A DNA stretch of 64,000 nt from an uncultured Planctomycetaceae bacterium (GTDB taxonomy: Bacteria > Planctomycetota > Planctomycetia > Planctomycetales > Planctomycetaceae), in NCBI GenBank assembly GCA_963815195.1, contig CAWFGE010000013.1, forward strand, positions 736,001 through 800,000, given 5' to 3'. The number at the start of each line of letters is the position of its first letter. The stretch's first letter is position 1. The position numbers and the translations under genes were made by a program. Of this stretch, positions 10,755-20,061 are shown piece after piece. The notes beneath the pieces are model-generated. The model saw only the letters and a program-made list of their open reading frames with translations, was not told where the DNA came from and searched no databases.

Positions 10755-11414
10755 GTGGACAATCATCGGTTCACAGGTTTCCCTGTTGTTGGAATTATTG
10801 GAGGAGTCGGTTCCGGGAAGTCCTCGGTGGCTCGCGAATGGGCGGCCCGCCACGGCGGAGTGGTGATCGACGCCGACGCCATTGGACACGAGGTTTTGAA
10901 ACAAGAGGCCGTCAAACAGAAATTGAAAACGCGATTTGGGGAGGAGATTTTTGACAGCCGAGGAGAAGTTGATCGCTCCCGCCTGGGGGAGCGGGTTTTC
11001 GGAGCGGACGCCGAGCCCCGACAGGCCCGGGACGATTTGAACAAGATCGTCCACCCGGCGATCGGCGCACGGATTCGCCAGGAAATTGAAAAAATCAAAG
11101 ACCAGGCCCGCCGCGAACCGGGTTCCATAAGGGGTGTCTTGTTGGATGCCGCGATTCTGTTGGAGACCGGTTGGGCGGAGGTGTGCGACGCGATCGTGTT
11201 CGTGGACACCTCAGACAAAGTCCGCGAAGAGCGCATCAGAAGAAAGGGATGGAGCGCCAGGGATTGGAAGAATCGCGAAGCCAGCCAACTTTCCCTGGAC
11301 AGGAAACGAAACGCCGCGGATGCGGCGGTCAATAATTCGCAAGAACTGGATGTCGCTGTTGCCGAACTGGAAAAGTTTTTCGCGATCCGGTTTTTGCAGT
11401 CGGAGCGTCCCTGA
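10755..11414 (+). CDS. coaE: Dephospho-CoA kinase
   Basis: VGIIGGVGSGKSS, VIDADAIGH, VDRSRLGERVF, IVHPAI, LDAAILLETGW. Confidence 0.93.
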   Translation: MDNHRFTGFPVVGIIGGVGSGKSSVAREWAARHGGVVIDADAIGHEVLKQEAVKQKLKTRFGEEIFDSRGEVDRSRLGERVFGADAEPRQARDDLNKIVHPAIGARIRQEIEKIKDQARREPGSIRGVLLDAAILLETGWAEVCDAIVFVDTSDKVREERIRRKGWSARDWKNREASQLSLDRKRNAADAAVNNSQELDVAVAELEKFFAIRFLQSERP

Positions 11415-11729
11415 AGTACAATTCAAAATCCCAAACCGGTTTTTCACAAGAAAAAAACCTCCCGCCAAGACGTAGAGGAGATGGGGCAGGCAACTTGTCC
11501 CTCAGTCTTTTGTTCGCTAAGAAAAGATCAAAATTCAACGACCGAACCAATCACGCTCTGGGAATTTTCCTCTCCTTAAAATTGTCTGTATTTCCAACAT
11601 TCCAACCCCAAACCATCACGCCAACCCCTGTTCGCTGGATTGGGTGAATTGCTCGATCCACTGTTTCCTAACGCCGGGGGATGGATTCTCCGTCCCTCCC
11701 GGCCTAGCGAATGTCAGGACCCTTCCATC

Positions 11730-13186
11730 ATGCCCAAAACTTCCAAAATGCAATCCACCCGCCCACTCGCAGAATCCGACGGCGACGACGCCGCCACCAG
11801 TGTTGAAGAATCCGACGGCAGCCTCGTCCGTACGCGCGGAAAACCGGAAAGTCCTCCGACGAGGACGACGGCGACGCCGCAAGCTTCCCCGCGGACGACC
11901 GCTACGAGGAAATCAAAAAGGGCAACATCCACATCGCGGAACTCCAGCGATGCACGATGAAGGAACTCTTGAGCCTCGCCCGGCAGGAAAACCTTTCCGA
12001 ATACACCGGCCTCAAAAAGCAGGATCTGATTTTCAAGATCCTCAAAGAACGCACCAAGATGAACGGGCTGATGTTCGGCGAGGGCACGCTGGAAATCTTG
12101 CCCGACGGCTTCGGCTTTCTGCGCAGCCCGGACTATCACTACCTGCCCTGCCCGGACGACATCTACGTCTCCCCCAGCCAAATCCGCCGCTTCGGACTCA
12201 GGACCGGAGCGACTGTCGCGGGGCAAATCCGCCCGCCCAAGGAAAACGAACGCTACTTCGCCCTGTTGCGTGTCGAAGCCATCAACGGCGAGGACCCCAA
12301 CATCCTCACCGAAAAAGTGTTCTTTGACGATCTGACCCCGCTGCATCCGGAAAAACGATTGAAGCTCTCCGCCGACCCCAAAGGTCTCAGCACGCGGATT
12401 GTGGACATCGTCGCCCCCATCGGCATGGGACAGCGCGGCCTCATCGTTTCCCCGCCCCGCGCGGGAAAAACGATTCTGCTCCAGCAACTCGCCCAGGCGA
12501 CGCTGCGGAACCATCCCGACGCTTACGTCATCGTGCTCTTGATCGACGAGCGGCCGGAAGAAGTCACCGAGATGGAAAGGCAAGTCAAAGCCCGCAACAG
12601 CGAGGTCATCTCCAGCACCTTCGACGAACCCCCGAGCCGGCATATTCAGGTCTCGGAAATGGTCATCGAAAAAGCCAAACGGATGGTGGAATACGGCCAG
12701 GATGTGGTGATCTTTCTGGATTCCATCACCCGCCTCGCGCGGGCTTGGAACACCGAAGTCCCGCATTCGGGCAAAATCCTCACCGGCGGCGTCGATGCCA
12801 ACGCCCTCCAGCATCCCAAACGGTTTTTCGGGGCCGCCCGCAACGTCGAAGAAGGCGGCAGCCTGACAATCATCGCCACCGCCCTCGTGGACACCGGCAG
12901 CAAAATGGACGAGGTGATCTTCGAGGAGTTCAAAGGCACCGGCAACACCGAGCTGCATCTCGACCGCCGCATGGTGGAGAAACGCGTCTGGCCGGCGATC
13001 GATGTGAATCGGTCCGGCACCCGCCGCGAAGAATTGTTGATGACCGAAGAAGAACTCCGCCACGTGTGGATTCTCCGCCGGGTCTTGAACGACATGAACC
13101 CGGTGGACGCCATGGAACTCCTCGTCAACCGCATGCGGCGAACCAAAACCAACGACGAATTCCTGATGAGCATGAATCTGGGGTGA
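11730..13186 (+). CDS. rho: Transcription termination factor Rho (N-terminal extension frameshifted at about 11840-11850)
   Basis: [60 protein letters not shown]. The in-frame upstream segment [18 protein letters not shown] joins the ATG-11730 frame only through an indel. Confidence 0.97.
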
Positions 13187-13192
13187 CAAATC

Positions 13193-13281
13193 GTGAGCCG
13201 CTGGGCGCTAGCCTGCGGGTTGTGACAATCCCGGTTTCGAGGACCGGCGGCTAGCCACCCAGAGGGTACCCGGCCACTCAC
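13193..13281. repeat. REP-like palindrome, GGCGCTAGCC family (also 17090-17219, 27121-27150, 43293-43322, 48121-48188)
   Basis: GTGAGC...GGCGCTAGCC...CCGGCGGCTAGC...CAGAGGGTACCCGGCC.CTCAC; the copies at 27121-27150 and 43293-43322 are exact 30-bp reverse complements. Confidence 0.85.
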
Positions 13282-13298
13282 GAAGTGGGTGATGAGAC

Positions 13299-14129
13299 AT
13301 GACAGAGTCACAGTCCACTGGCAATGAAGGGAACCGCGATCCCAACCGCAGTCCCTTCCCCGGCATGGACCCCTATTTGGAGCAACCGTCGGTCTGGCAC
13401 GACTTCCATGAGTCGTTCATTTACGAGTGCCGCCGCCTGCTTGTGCCGCAGATCAGCCCCGCGTACGTCGCCAAGTTGGATGAGCACATCTACGTCCACG
13501 AACTCGCTGCGGACGAGCGACGGCTGATCGGTCGGGGAGACATCACCGTGGCGGAGCGGCCGGGGCCAACAGACGCCGGCTCACTCTCCACCCAACAGGC
13601 GGCCACCACTGCGCCGGTGCAAGTTGAATTACGACCTGCCGTGGACCTGGAGCGCGAGAACCGCATTGAAATCCGCGACCGCGAAACCGGGCGGATTGTC
13701 TCGGTTATCGAACTGCTCAGCCCGGCGAACAAACACCCCGGCCAGGATCGCAGGCAATTCCTCGGCAAGCGGGACGAGCTGCTGGCGAGCGACGTCAATT
13801 ACGTCGAGATCGACCTGCTACGTGCCGGCCCGAGGATGCCGGTGGACGACCTGCCGGACTGCGATTACTACGCCTTGGTGAGCCGCGCGGCCCTGCGTCC
13901 GACAGCCGACCTTTGGCCAATCCGACTGGCCGACCCGCTGCCGAACATACCCGTCCCGCTAAAGGAGCCGGACAAGGATGCGATATTGAATCTGAGGCTG
14001 GCGCTCGACCAGGCGTTCGAAGCCGGGGGATATGCCGCTTACATCTACTCCGGCGAGCCTGCCCCCGCGCTGTCTCCCGATCAACAGGCGTGGGCCGAAG
14101 TGCAACTCCGGATTGGCTCAAGTGGTTGA
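13299..14129 (+). CDS. DUF4058 family protein (paralog 1)
   Basis: [44 protein letters not shown]. Confidence 0.88.
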   Translation: MTESQSTGNEGNRDPNRSPFPGMDPYLEQPSVWHDFHESFIYECRRLLVPQISPAYVAKLDEHIYVHELAADERRLIGRGDITVAERPGPTDAGSLSTQQAATTAPVQVELRPAVDLERENRIEIRDRETGRIVSVIELLSPANKHPGQDRRQFLGKRDELLASDVNYVEIDLLRAGPRMPVDDLPDCDYYALVSRAALRPTADLWPIRLADPLPNIPVPLKEPDKDAILNLRLALDQAFEAGGYAAYIYSGEPAPALSPDQQAWAEVQLRIGSSG

Positions 14130-14141
14130 TTTCCTATCGAG

Positions 14142-14960
14142 GTGAGTGAAGTGCGTAGTCCCTTCCCCGGCATGGACCCTTATTTGGAAATGCACTGGCG
14201 CGATGTGCATACCGCGCTAATGATTTATGCGCGCGACGCCATTCAGGACCGGTTGCCCGGCGATTTGCTCGCGCGGGTCGAAGAAGGCGTTTCGATTGAC
14301 CTCGGCGACGACTTGCGCGGGGCCGCTCCCGATGTGCAAGTTGTGGAGACGCCGACTTCCATCCCTTCGGCTCCCGAATTGGAAGAATCGCTTACGGCGG
14401 TTGCGGAGCCGCTGGTGGTCCCTGTCAGTCTGCCTCATACCGAGCGTCACATCACGATCGTGGATGCCGGGTCGGGAAACCGCGTGGTCACCGCGATCGA
14501 ATTCTTGAGCCCCACCAATAAAATCCCCGGCCCCGACCGTCAACGATACCTCCGCAAACAACAGGATTACCTCGACGGCCGGGTCAACCTCGTCGAAGTC
14601 GATTTGATTCGCTCGGGCATCTTCACTTTGGCCGTTCCGGAGTGGGGCATCAATCAGCAGTTCCGTTCGACCTACCAAATCTGTGTCCGCCGGTCATCAC
14701 GGCCGGATGAGGCGGAAGTTTACCGGGCACCGCTCCGCGAGCGATTGCCGATCATCCGCATTCCGCTCCGTCCGAAGGATCGCGACGTGCCGCTCGATTT
14801 GCAGGACTTGATCGACCAGTGTTATCGCCGGGGCCGGTACGCGGCCATTGATTACACTAACGATCCCGTCCCGCTGCTTTCCCTCCCCGACGCCCGCTGG
14901 GCCGATGAACTCCTGCGTGCCGCGGGCCTTAGGCAGGAGGGCGAAGGTGACGGGCGATGA
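14142..14960 (+). CDS. DUF4058 family protein (paralog 2)
   Basis: [47 protein letters not shown]. Confidence 0.88.
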   Translation: MSEVRSPFPGMDPYLEMHWRDVHTALMIYARDAIQDRLPGDLLARVEEGVSIDLGDDLRGAAPDVQVVETPTSIPSAPELEESLTAVAEPLVVPVSLPHTERHITIVDAGSGNRVVTAIEFLSPTNKIPGPDRQRYLRKQQDYLDGRVNLVEVDLIRSGIFTLAVPEWGINQQFRSTYQICVRRSSRPDEAEVYRAPLRERLPIIRIPLRPKDRDVPLDLQDLIDQCYRRGRYAAIDYTNDPVPLLSLPDARWADELLRAAGLRQEGEGDGR

Positions 14961-15256
14961 ACGCGAACCAAATCATTACTGATACCTGGTCGAACGCGGA
15001 ATCTGCTGAGAAATACGAAAAACATTGGCCGTTAGAGCCGGAGTTATTTTCGCAATACGAGAATGGCGACCAATGCGGAGGCTGTTCGTTTTTTGCGGAA
15101 TTTAACGCCGATTGGGGCTTGTGTTGCCGTCCTAAATCCCGGCATCATTTGGAAACGGTCTTTGAACATTTCACCTGCCCGGCTTTCGTCAAAGAAGGTT
15201 GGGGACCGCATAGTTTTAGCGAGGATGAGGAGTTTCACTGCCGATGCGTCGATTAG
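14957..15256 (+). CDS. Small Cys-rich protein, DUF3027-like
   Basis: QCGGC-x8-DWGLC-x11-FEHFTC; ATGA overlap with the upstream stop; more AT-rich than neighbours. Confidence 0.7.
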   Translation: MNANQIITDTWSNAESAEKYEKHWPLEPELFSQYENGDQCGGCSFFAEFNADWGLCCRPKSRHHLETVFEHFTCPAFVKEGWGPHSFSEDEEFHCRCVD

Positions 15257-15324
15257 CGAAATCGGTAAATCGCGTGGTAAATGCATGTTTTCGTTCTCAA
15301 GATTCAAGGTTGTGAGTTGCAACG

Positions 15325-15564
15325 ATGCAAATCGAAGTTGATCGGGGACATTTGACAGTGATTTGGTGCGATCGGTGCAATCGAGCGGTCAATCTGAACG
15401 ATGAACGCGATCATTTCCATATCGAGCAATGCGGTGGTTGTCGAAAATATAAGAGACTCGACAGCGATTGGGGGTGGTGTCGGAATCACGAATCCGTTTA
15501 TTGCGGTCGCCTCATGTTTGAGCACGATACTTGCTCACAATGGGTCGAAGGAAAATGGTCTTAA
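15325..15564 (+). CDS. Small Cys-rich protein, DUF3027-like (paralog of 14957..15256)
   Basis: QCGGC-x8-DWGWC-x11-FEHDTC, plus an extra CDRC. Confidence 0.7.
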   Translation: MQIEVDRGHLTVIWCDRCNRAVNLNDERDHFHIEQCGGCRKYKRLDSDWGWCRNHESVYCGRLMFEHDTCSQWVEGKWS

Positions 15565-15646
15565 TTCCCAAGTCGAGTAGCCCATCAATGAATGCTAACG
15601 GGATCCCAATTGTGTTGGGCGATGCCCACCCTACAAAAACTGGAAG

Positions 15647-15736
15647 ATCGACTAGACCCGCGACCCCAACCCGGCGTTCGAACCGGCCGACCGGCAATGG
15701 ATGGACGAATTGCTGCGTGCCGCGGGAGTCAGGTAG
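15647..15736 (+). pseudogene. Fossil C-terminus of a third DUF4058 gene
   Basis: Translates ID*TRDPNPAFEPADRQWMDELLRAAGVR*, aligning to the paralog 2 end IDYTNDPVPLLSLPDARWADELLRAAGLR. Confidence 0.8.
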
Positions 15737-15772
15737 GATGACGAGGGGAAACCTATCCCGAAAGACACTCCA

Positions 15773-16524
15773 ATGATCACACGCCGTCGATTTCTCGGAG
15801 CTGCCATCGGTGCGCTTCCCATCCTCCTACATGGATGCTCAAAAGCGAATACCGAAGACGACGACTCAACACTGAAGACCGAAGGCGATGATATGCCAAT
15901 AGACGCTCATGTTCTCCGTACCGCGTTCGATGGTCTCCAAATAGCTGGGCGACCTGTGTCCGTCAACCTTCCGCTCTTGGAACAGATTTACGACTTGAAC
16001 GCGGAAATCATGGCGAAGTTTCCCGGCCCTGGGGACAGCGGCATGGGGCAAATGGGATTACTGCTCGAACCTCGCCTGGAAAACGGTGGCTACTGGTGCA
16101 CACCGACGAATTCGCTGTCATTTGGCGGAAACCGGTGGCGATGGGGCGCACTTTTAGTTTTCTCATCACGGGTGACGCCATCACCGACCGCACGCCCGTG
16201 ATCATTACCGTGCCGGATCAAGCCGAGCTCGACGATGCAAACGTCGTGCTTGGTCGTGGCTTCGAAGATTTTGTGCGATTGGGCTTGCATTGCGGCTATT
16301 TCTCGATGGCGCAATTCGCGTTTGATCGTGAGGATACGCTCAAGCATTATGCCCGAACCGACTGGGACGATGCCGAGCTATGGTTCCCAAGCGATAATCA
16401 TAAAGTTGTTGCCGAATATGTTTCCAAAAAATCAAACTTGAAGCGACTGGCTTACTCGGCAAATGAATTCGCGGCCCTGCAAACGGAATTCAAGCCGCAC
16501 ATGCAATTCAAAGATGCCGGATGA
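15773..16524 (+). CDS. Hypothetical protein with twin-arginine/lipoprotein-like N-terminus; split by two extra bases in homopolymers near 16127 and 16153
   Basis: MITRRRFLGAA...LHGC; the corrected reading YWCTPTNSLSFGGTGGDGAHFSFLITGD...PVIITVP joins ORFs 15773..16201 and 16096..16524. Confidence 0.65.
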
Positions 16525-16612
16525 CAAATGGAGTAGGATGTGCATCGTCGGCAATGCCCGCTCTACTTTTCCCTCTGACCTCCAAACCCTGAATACTGGC
16601 TTTCAAAAAACA

Positions 16613-17089
16613 ATGCAAACAATCGAAGGGGAACTCTTGGCTCCTGCGGGGGCGTTTGCCGTGGTGGTTTCGCGGTTTAACGATCTCGTCACCAAACGTT
16701 TGGTGGAGGGGGCCGTCAATACGCTTCCCCGGCACGGGGTTTCTGAGGATCAGATCACCGTGGTCTGGGTGCCGGGGTCTTTTGAGATCCCGCTCGTCGC
16801 GGATCGGCTCGCGCGGTCCGGGAAATATCTCGCGGTGATTTGCCTGGGGGCGGTGATTCAGGGTTCGACGACGCATCACGAATACATCAACCACCAGGTC
16901 GCCGCCGGGATTATGCAGGCGGGGCAAACCAGCGGGATTCCCGTTTTGTTCGGCGTCCTCACCTGCCAGACGATGGAGCAGGCCCTCGACCGGGCCGGGG
17001 GGAAAGTCGGCAACAAAGGCAGCGAAGCCGCGCTCGCCGCGATTGAAATGGCGAACGTGCTCAAAAAACTTCCGGCCGCAGACCGGTAA
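16613..17089 (+). CDS. ribH: 6,7-dimethyl-8-ribityllumazine synthase
   Basis: VVSRFNDLVT, WVPGSFEIP, CLGAVIQGSTTHHEY, FGVLTC, QALDRAGGKVGNKG. Confidence 0.96.
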   Translation: MQTIEGELLAPAGAFAVVVSRFNDLVTKRLVEGAVNTLPRHGVSEDQITVVWVPGSFEIPLVADRLARSGKYLAVICLGAVIQGSTTHHEYINHQVAAGIMQAGQTSGIPVLFGVLTCQTMEQALDRAGGKVGNKGSEAALAAIEMANVLKKLPAADR

Positions 17090-17219
17090 GTGAGCGGAAC
17101 GGCGCTAGCCGCCGGTTCCGCACAAAGGCCGGCGGCTAGCGCCGGGCCGCTCACAAAAAAGCCCGCGGTTCCGCAGAAAGGCCGGCGGCTCGCCAACCAG
17201 AGGGTACCCGGCCGCTCAC
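17090..17219. repeat. Double REP-like palindrome between ribH and nusB
   Basis: GTGAGCGGAACGGCGCTAGCCGCCGG...CCGGCGGCTAGCGCCGGGCCGCTCAC followed by a second degenerate half. Confidence 0.85.
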
Positions 17220-17341
17220 TTTCTTTGGGAATTTTGCGAACAACTTTGCAAATTCCCCGTCGGATGACGTAGAACTATAGGAGAGGCCGAACACAACGGG
17301 AGGGGCCTCCTTCGCTTCTTTTCTCATTTGAGAACCCCTGC

Positions 17342-17764
17342 ATGGCACGCCGCACGAAGGCGCGAGAGATCGCGCTGCAAATGCTCTTTCAACACGACAT
17401 GAACCCGGACGTGGGGGCGAAGACGGTGCGTCTGCAGATCGCCGAACGCCTGAAGGACGAGTCTTTGCGGAAATTCGCCTGGGAACTTTACGCGGGGACG
17501 ATGGAATCCCGCCCCCAGATCGATGCCCGCATCGAATCTGCCGCCGAGAACTGGGACCTGTCCCGCATGGCCGCCACCGACCGCAACACGCTCCGGCTCG
17601 GCGTGTTCGAGCTGTATTTCACCGACACGCCGCACCAGGTGGTGATCGACGAGGCCGTCGAATTGGCCCGGAAATTCGGCTCGGCCCAGTCCGCCCAGTT
17701 CGTCAACGGCCTGTTGGACCGGCTGATTCCCGAAGAAAAGCGCGATCCGCCCGGTTCTGCTTGA
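17342..17764 (+). CDS. nusB: Transcription antitermination factor NusB
   Basis: RRTKAREIALQMLFQ, DRNTLRLG, VVIDEAVELARKFG, FVNGLLD; follows ribH. Confidence 0.96.
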   Translation: MARRTKAREIALQMLFQHDMNPDVGAKTVRLQIAERLKDESLRKFAWELYAGTMESRPQIDARIESAAENWDLSRMAATDRNTLRLGVFELYFTDTPHQVVIDEAVELARKFGSAQSAQFVNGLLDRLIPEEKRDPPGSA

Positions 17765-17993
17765 CGAGATTCCGCGGTTTCCCTATCGTCACCACCTGTT
17801 TGGTGTGTCATCGCGGCTTGTTTGGGAACCGGTTCTCCAATCCATGCCTTCCCCTCCTCAAAATGAGGATAGAGGGTGGAGGAGCGAGGTTCGAGAATTC
17901 CGCATCGCAAATCTCTATCCTCCATCCTCTCCCCTCGCTCCAATGCCGTGATGACGCCTGTTTGGAAAAAGCTGTCCCAAAAGTGAGATTGTC

Positions 17994-19250
17994 ATGGCCG
18001 ATCTTGTTCCTCCGCATGGCGGACTGACCGAACCCGTTTGCCGCACCGTTCCGCAAAACGAAATCGACGATTTCCTCAAGCAGGCGGCCCTGCTGCCGCA
18101 GGTTCCGGTGTCGGCGGCGGATCTTTCCACGGTGTATCGTCTGGGTGACGGCACGCTCAGCCCGCTCACCGGGCCGATGACTTCGGAAGTTTATAACCGG
18201 GTGCTGGAAGAAGCGGTGATCGAGTCCGGCGGAAAAAAATACGCCTGGACGATTCCGCTCGCGTTTCCGGTCACCTCCCAATTGGCGGGTTCGCTGTCGG
18301 CGGGGCAGACGGTCGCGCTCACGAACCCGGCGGGGGAAATCGTGGCGACGCTCGATGTGGCCGACGTTTTCGAGTGGGACAAGCCCAAATACATTAAGAG
18401 CGTCTATCAAACCGACCGCACGGATCATCCCGGGGCGGACATGGTGCTCCAAGGCGACGCCGACAAGACGCACCTCGTCGGCGGCGAAATCCGCGCCCTG
18501 CCTCAGCCGAAGAATCCGGCCTTCGGGGGCTGCGTGCTCACGCCGCGGGAAGTGCGAAAGCTGATTTCTGAAAAAGGCTGGGACGCTGTGGTCGCGTTCC
18601 AGACGCGAAACCCGCTGCACCGGGCCCACGAATATGCCCTGGTTTACGGGTTGGAAACGCTGCTTCGGCAGGGGAAGAACGCGGGGGCGGTGCTCAATCC
18701 GCTCATCGGCGAAACGAAGGGCGACGATGTTAACGCCGAGATCCGCATGCAGACTTACGACAAGCTCATCAGCGACCGGGCGTTGGGCGAAGGCGACAGC
18801 GATCCCGAATTGTGGGGGCCCCGCGGCGAGAGCGTGCCCGACCGGGTGATCCTGTTGGGCCTCGACATCAAGATGTTCTACGGCGGCCCGAAGGAAGCGG
18901 TGATGCACGGCATCTACCGCCAGAACATGGGCTACACGCACATTGTCATCGGCCGCAAGCACGCGGATGCCCCCTACCACGACGGCAGCCCGATCTGGGG
19001 CGACTTCGACGCCCAGGAGATTTTCGAGAACCTGGGCGGCGACCTCCAAATCCAACCGGTGAAAGTCGGCTTCGCCGCGTATTACGAATCCCTCGGCCGG
19101 GTCGACCTGATGGAGAACCACAAGGACGAAAAGCCGGTGTTCATCTCGGGCAAGGAAGTCCGGGCCACGCTGCAACGAGGCGAACTCGTCGATCCCCGCA
19201 TCATGCGGGAGTCCACGTCGAAGATCCTCGGCGACGCGATGAAGCAGTAG
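17994..19250 (+). CDS. sat: Sulfate adenylyltransferase (Sat-type ATP sulfurylase)
   Basis: [59 protein letters not shown]. Confidence 0.95.
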   Translation: MADLVPPHGGLTEPVCRTVPQNEIDDFLKQAALLPQVPVSAADLSTVYRLGDGTLSPLTGPMTSEVYNRVLEEAVIESGGKKYAWTIPLAFPVTSQLAGSLSAGQTVALTNPAGEIVATLDVADVFEWDKPKYIKSVYQTDRTDHPGADMVLQGDADKTHLVGGEIRALPQPKNPAFGGCVLTPREVRKLISEKGWDAVVAFQTRNPLHRAHEYALVYGLETLLRQGKNAGAVLNPLIGETKGDDVNAEIRMQTYDKLISDRALGEGDSDPELWGPRGESVPDRVILLGLDIKMFYGGPKEAVMHGIYRQNMGYTHIVIGRKHADAPYHDGSPIWGDFDAQEIFENLGGDLQIQPVKVGFAAYYESLGRVDLMENHKDEKPVFISGKEVRATLQRGELVDPRIMRESTSKILGDAMKQ

Positions 19251-19274
19251 AGTCCCATCTCTGAATTTCGGCCC

Positions 19275-19715
19275 ATGAGCAATCCGTTGATACCTCGCAT
19301 CACGCTTGCGATCTGCCTGCTGGCGGCAGGGCTTCAGATTGCTTTCGACTCCACGAAGCGAATGGAGTTTAGAGAACAACCTCCGCGGCCGACCGTCCGC
19401 ATGCGGGGCTTCAGGCCGGTGTTTGCCGGGATGGTGATGGGCGTTTATGCCGTTTGCGGATTGACAGCTTGGTGCTGGCGAACGGAGCCGCACGAGAGCC
19501 GCGTCACGCTCATCACGTGTGCGGTGATTGCCGGAGTGGGGATCTATGTGTTTGGCTCGGGCTGGTATCAATCACAAAGGCGGCCGGCGAGCGTTTCCTG
19601 GCAAGACCTGGGAGAGTTTTTTGTGTTTTTGCAACTGCTCGCGGCCGCCGGGCTTTCCGCCAATCTGAAAGTTCGCTGGGATCGCCGGATGCGATCAAAA
19701 GAAAAAGGCGATTAA
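19275..19715 (+). CDS. Hypothetical membrane protein (about 4 TM)
   Basis: Alternating hydrophobic segments; directly downstream of sat. Confidence 0.55.
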   Translation: MSNPLIPRITLAICLLAAGLQIAFDSTKRMEFREQPPRPTVRMRGFRPVFAGMVMGVYAVCGLTAWCWRTEPHESRVTLITCAVIAGVGIYVFGSGWYQSQRRPASVSWQDLGEFFVFLQLLAAAGLSANLKVRWDRRMRSKEKGD

Positions 19716-19750
19716 GGGGACGCGGTGCAATAGCACGCGAGTCGATCGCA

Positions 19751-20047
19751 TCAAAGCACGATCAGCCCGATTACGGAAGCCGTGAAAACGGCGACGTTAA
19801 AGAGAAAAGTCATCAACCACAGCCAAAAAATGTGAGCGATTATTCGAATGAATCGAATCCAGCCTTGAAGGATGTACGGTGGAGTTTTGGATTCGTAACG
19901 GTCACGGATCCGCCGGAACAGGATGAAATAACAATACAAACTCCGCCGGTAAAGCACGGTGTGCATTACGATGCCCAAACCGCCGTAGGCCACGCCGATC
20001 CAGAGGAGGAAGCGGTGCTCGGCGAGGAAACTCCAAACCGGCTGCAT
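19751..20047 (-). CDS. Small hypothetical membrane protein (2 TM)
   Basis: MQPVWSFLAEHRFLLWIGVAY...; ATG just downstream of the DUF1080 stop. Confidence 0.55.
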   Translation of the reverse strand: MQPVWSFLAEHRFLLWIGVAYGGLGIVMHTVLYRRSLYCYFILFRRIRDRYESKTPPYILQGWIRFIRIIAHIFWLWLMTFLFNVAVFTASVIGLIVL

Positions 20048-20061
20048 GAGGCGGCCTCTGG

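Noticed and set aside
11830..11860. Programmed ribosomal frameshift in rho
   Set aside because: No convincing slippery heptamer with a stimulatory structure; the many similar indels in the window favour sequencing error
11714..13189. 491-aa minus-strand ORF, and similar long ORFs at 17808..19571, 23097..24722, 34524..35933 and 61366..63339
   Set aside because: Antisense shadows of well-supported genes, expected in high-GC DNA
16525..16612. FMN riboswitch upstream of ribH
   Set aside because: The region is too short and lacks the conserved RFN motifs
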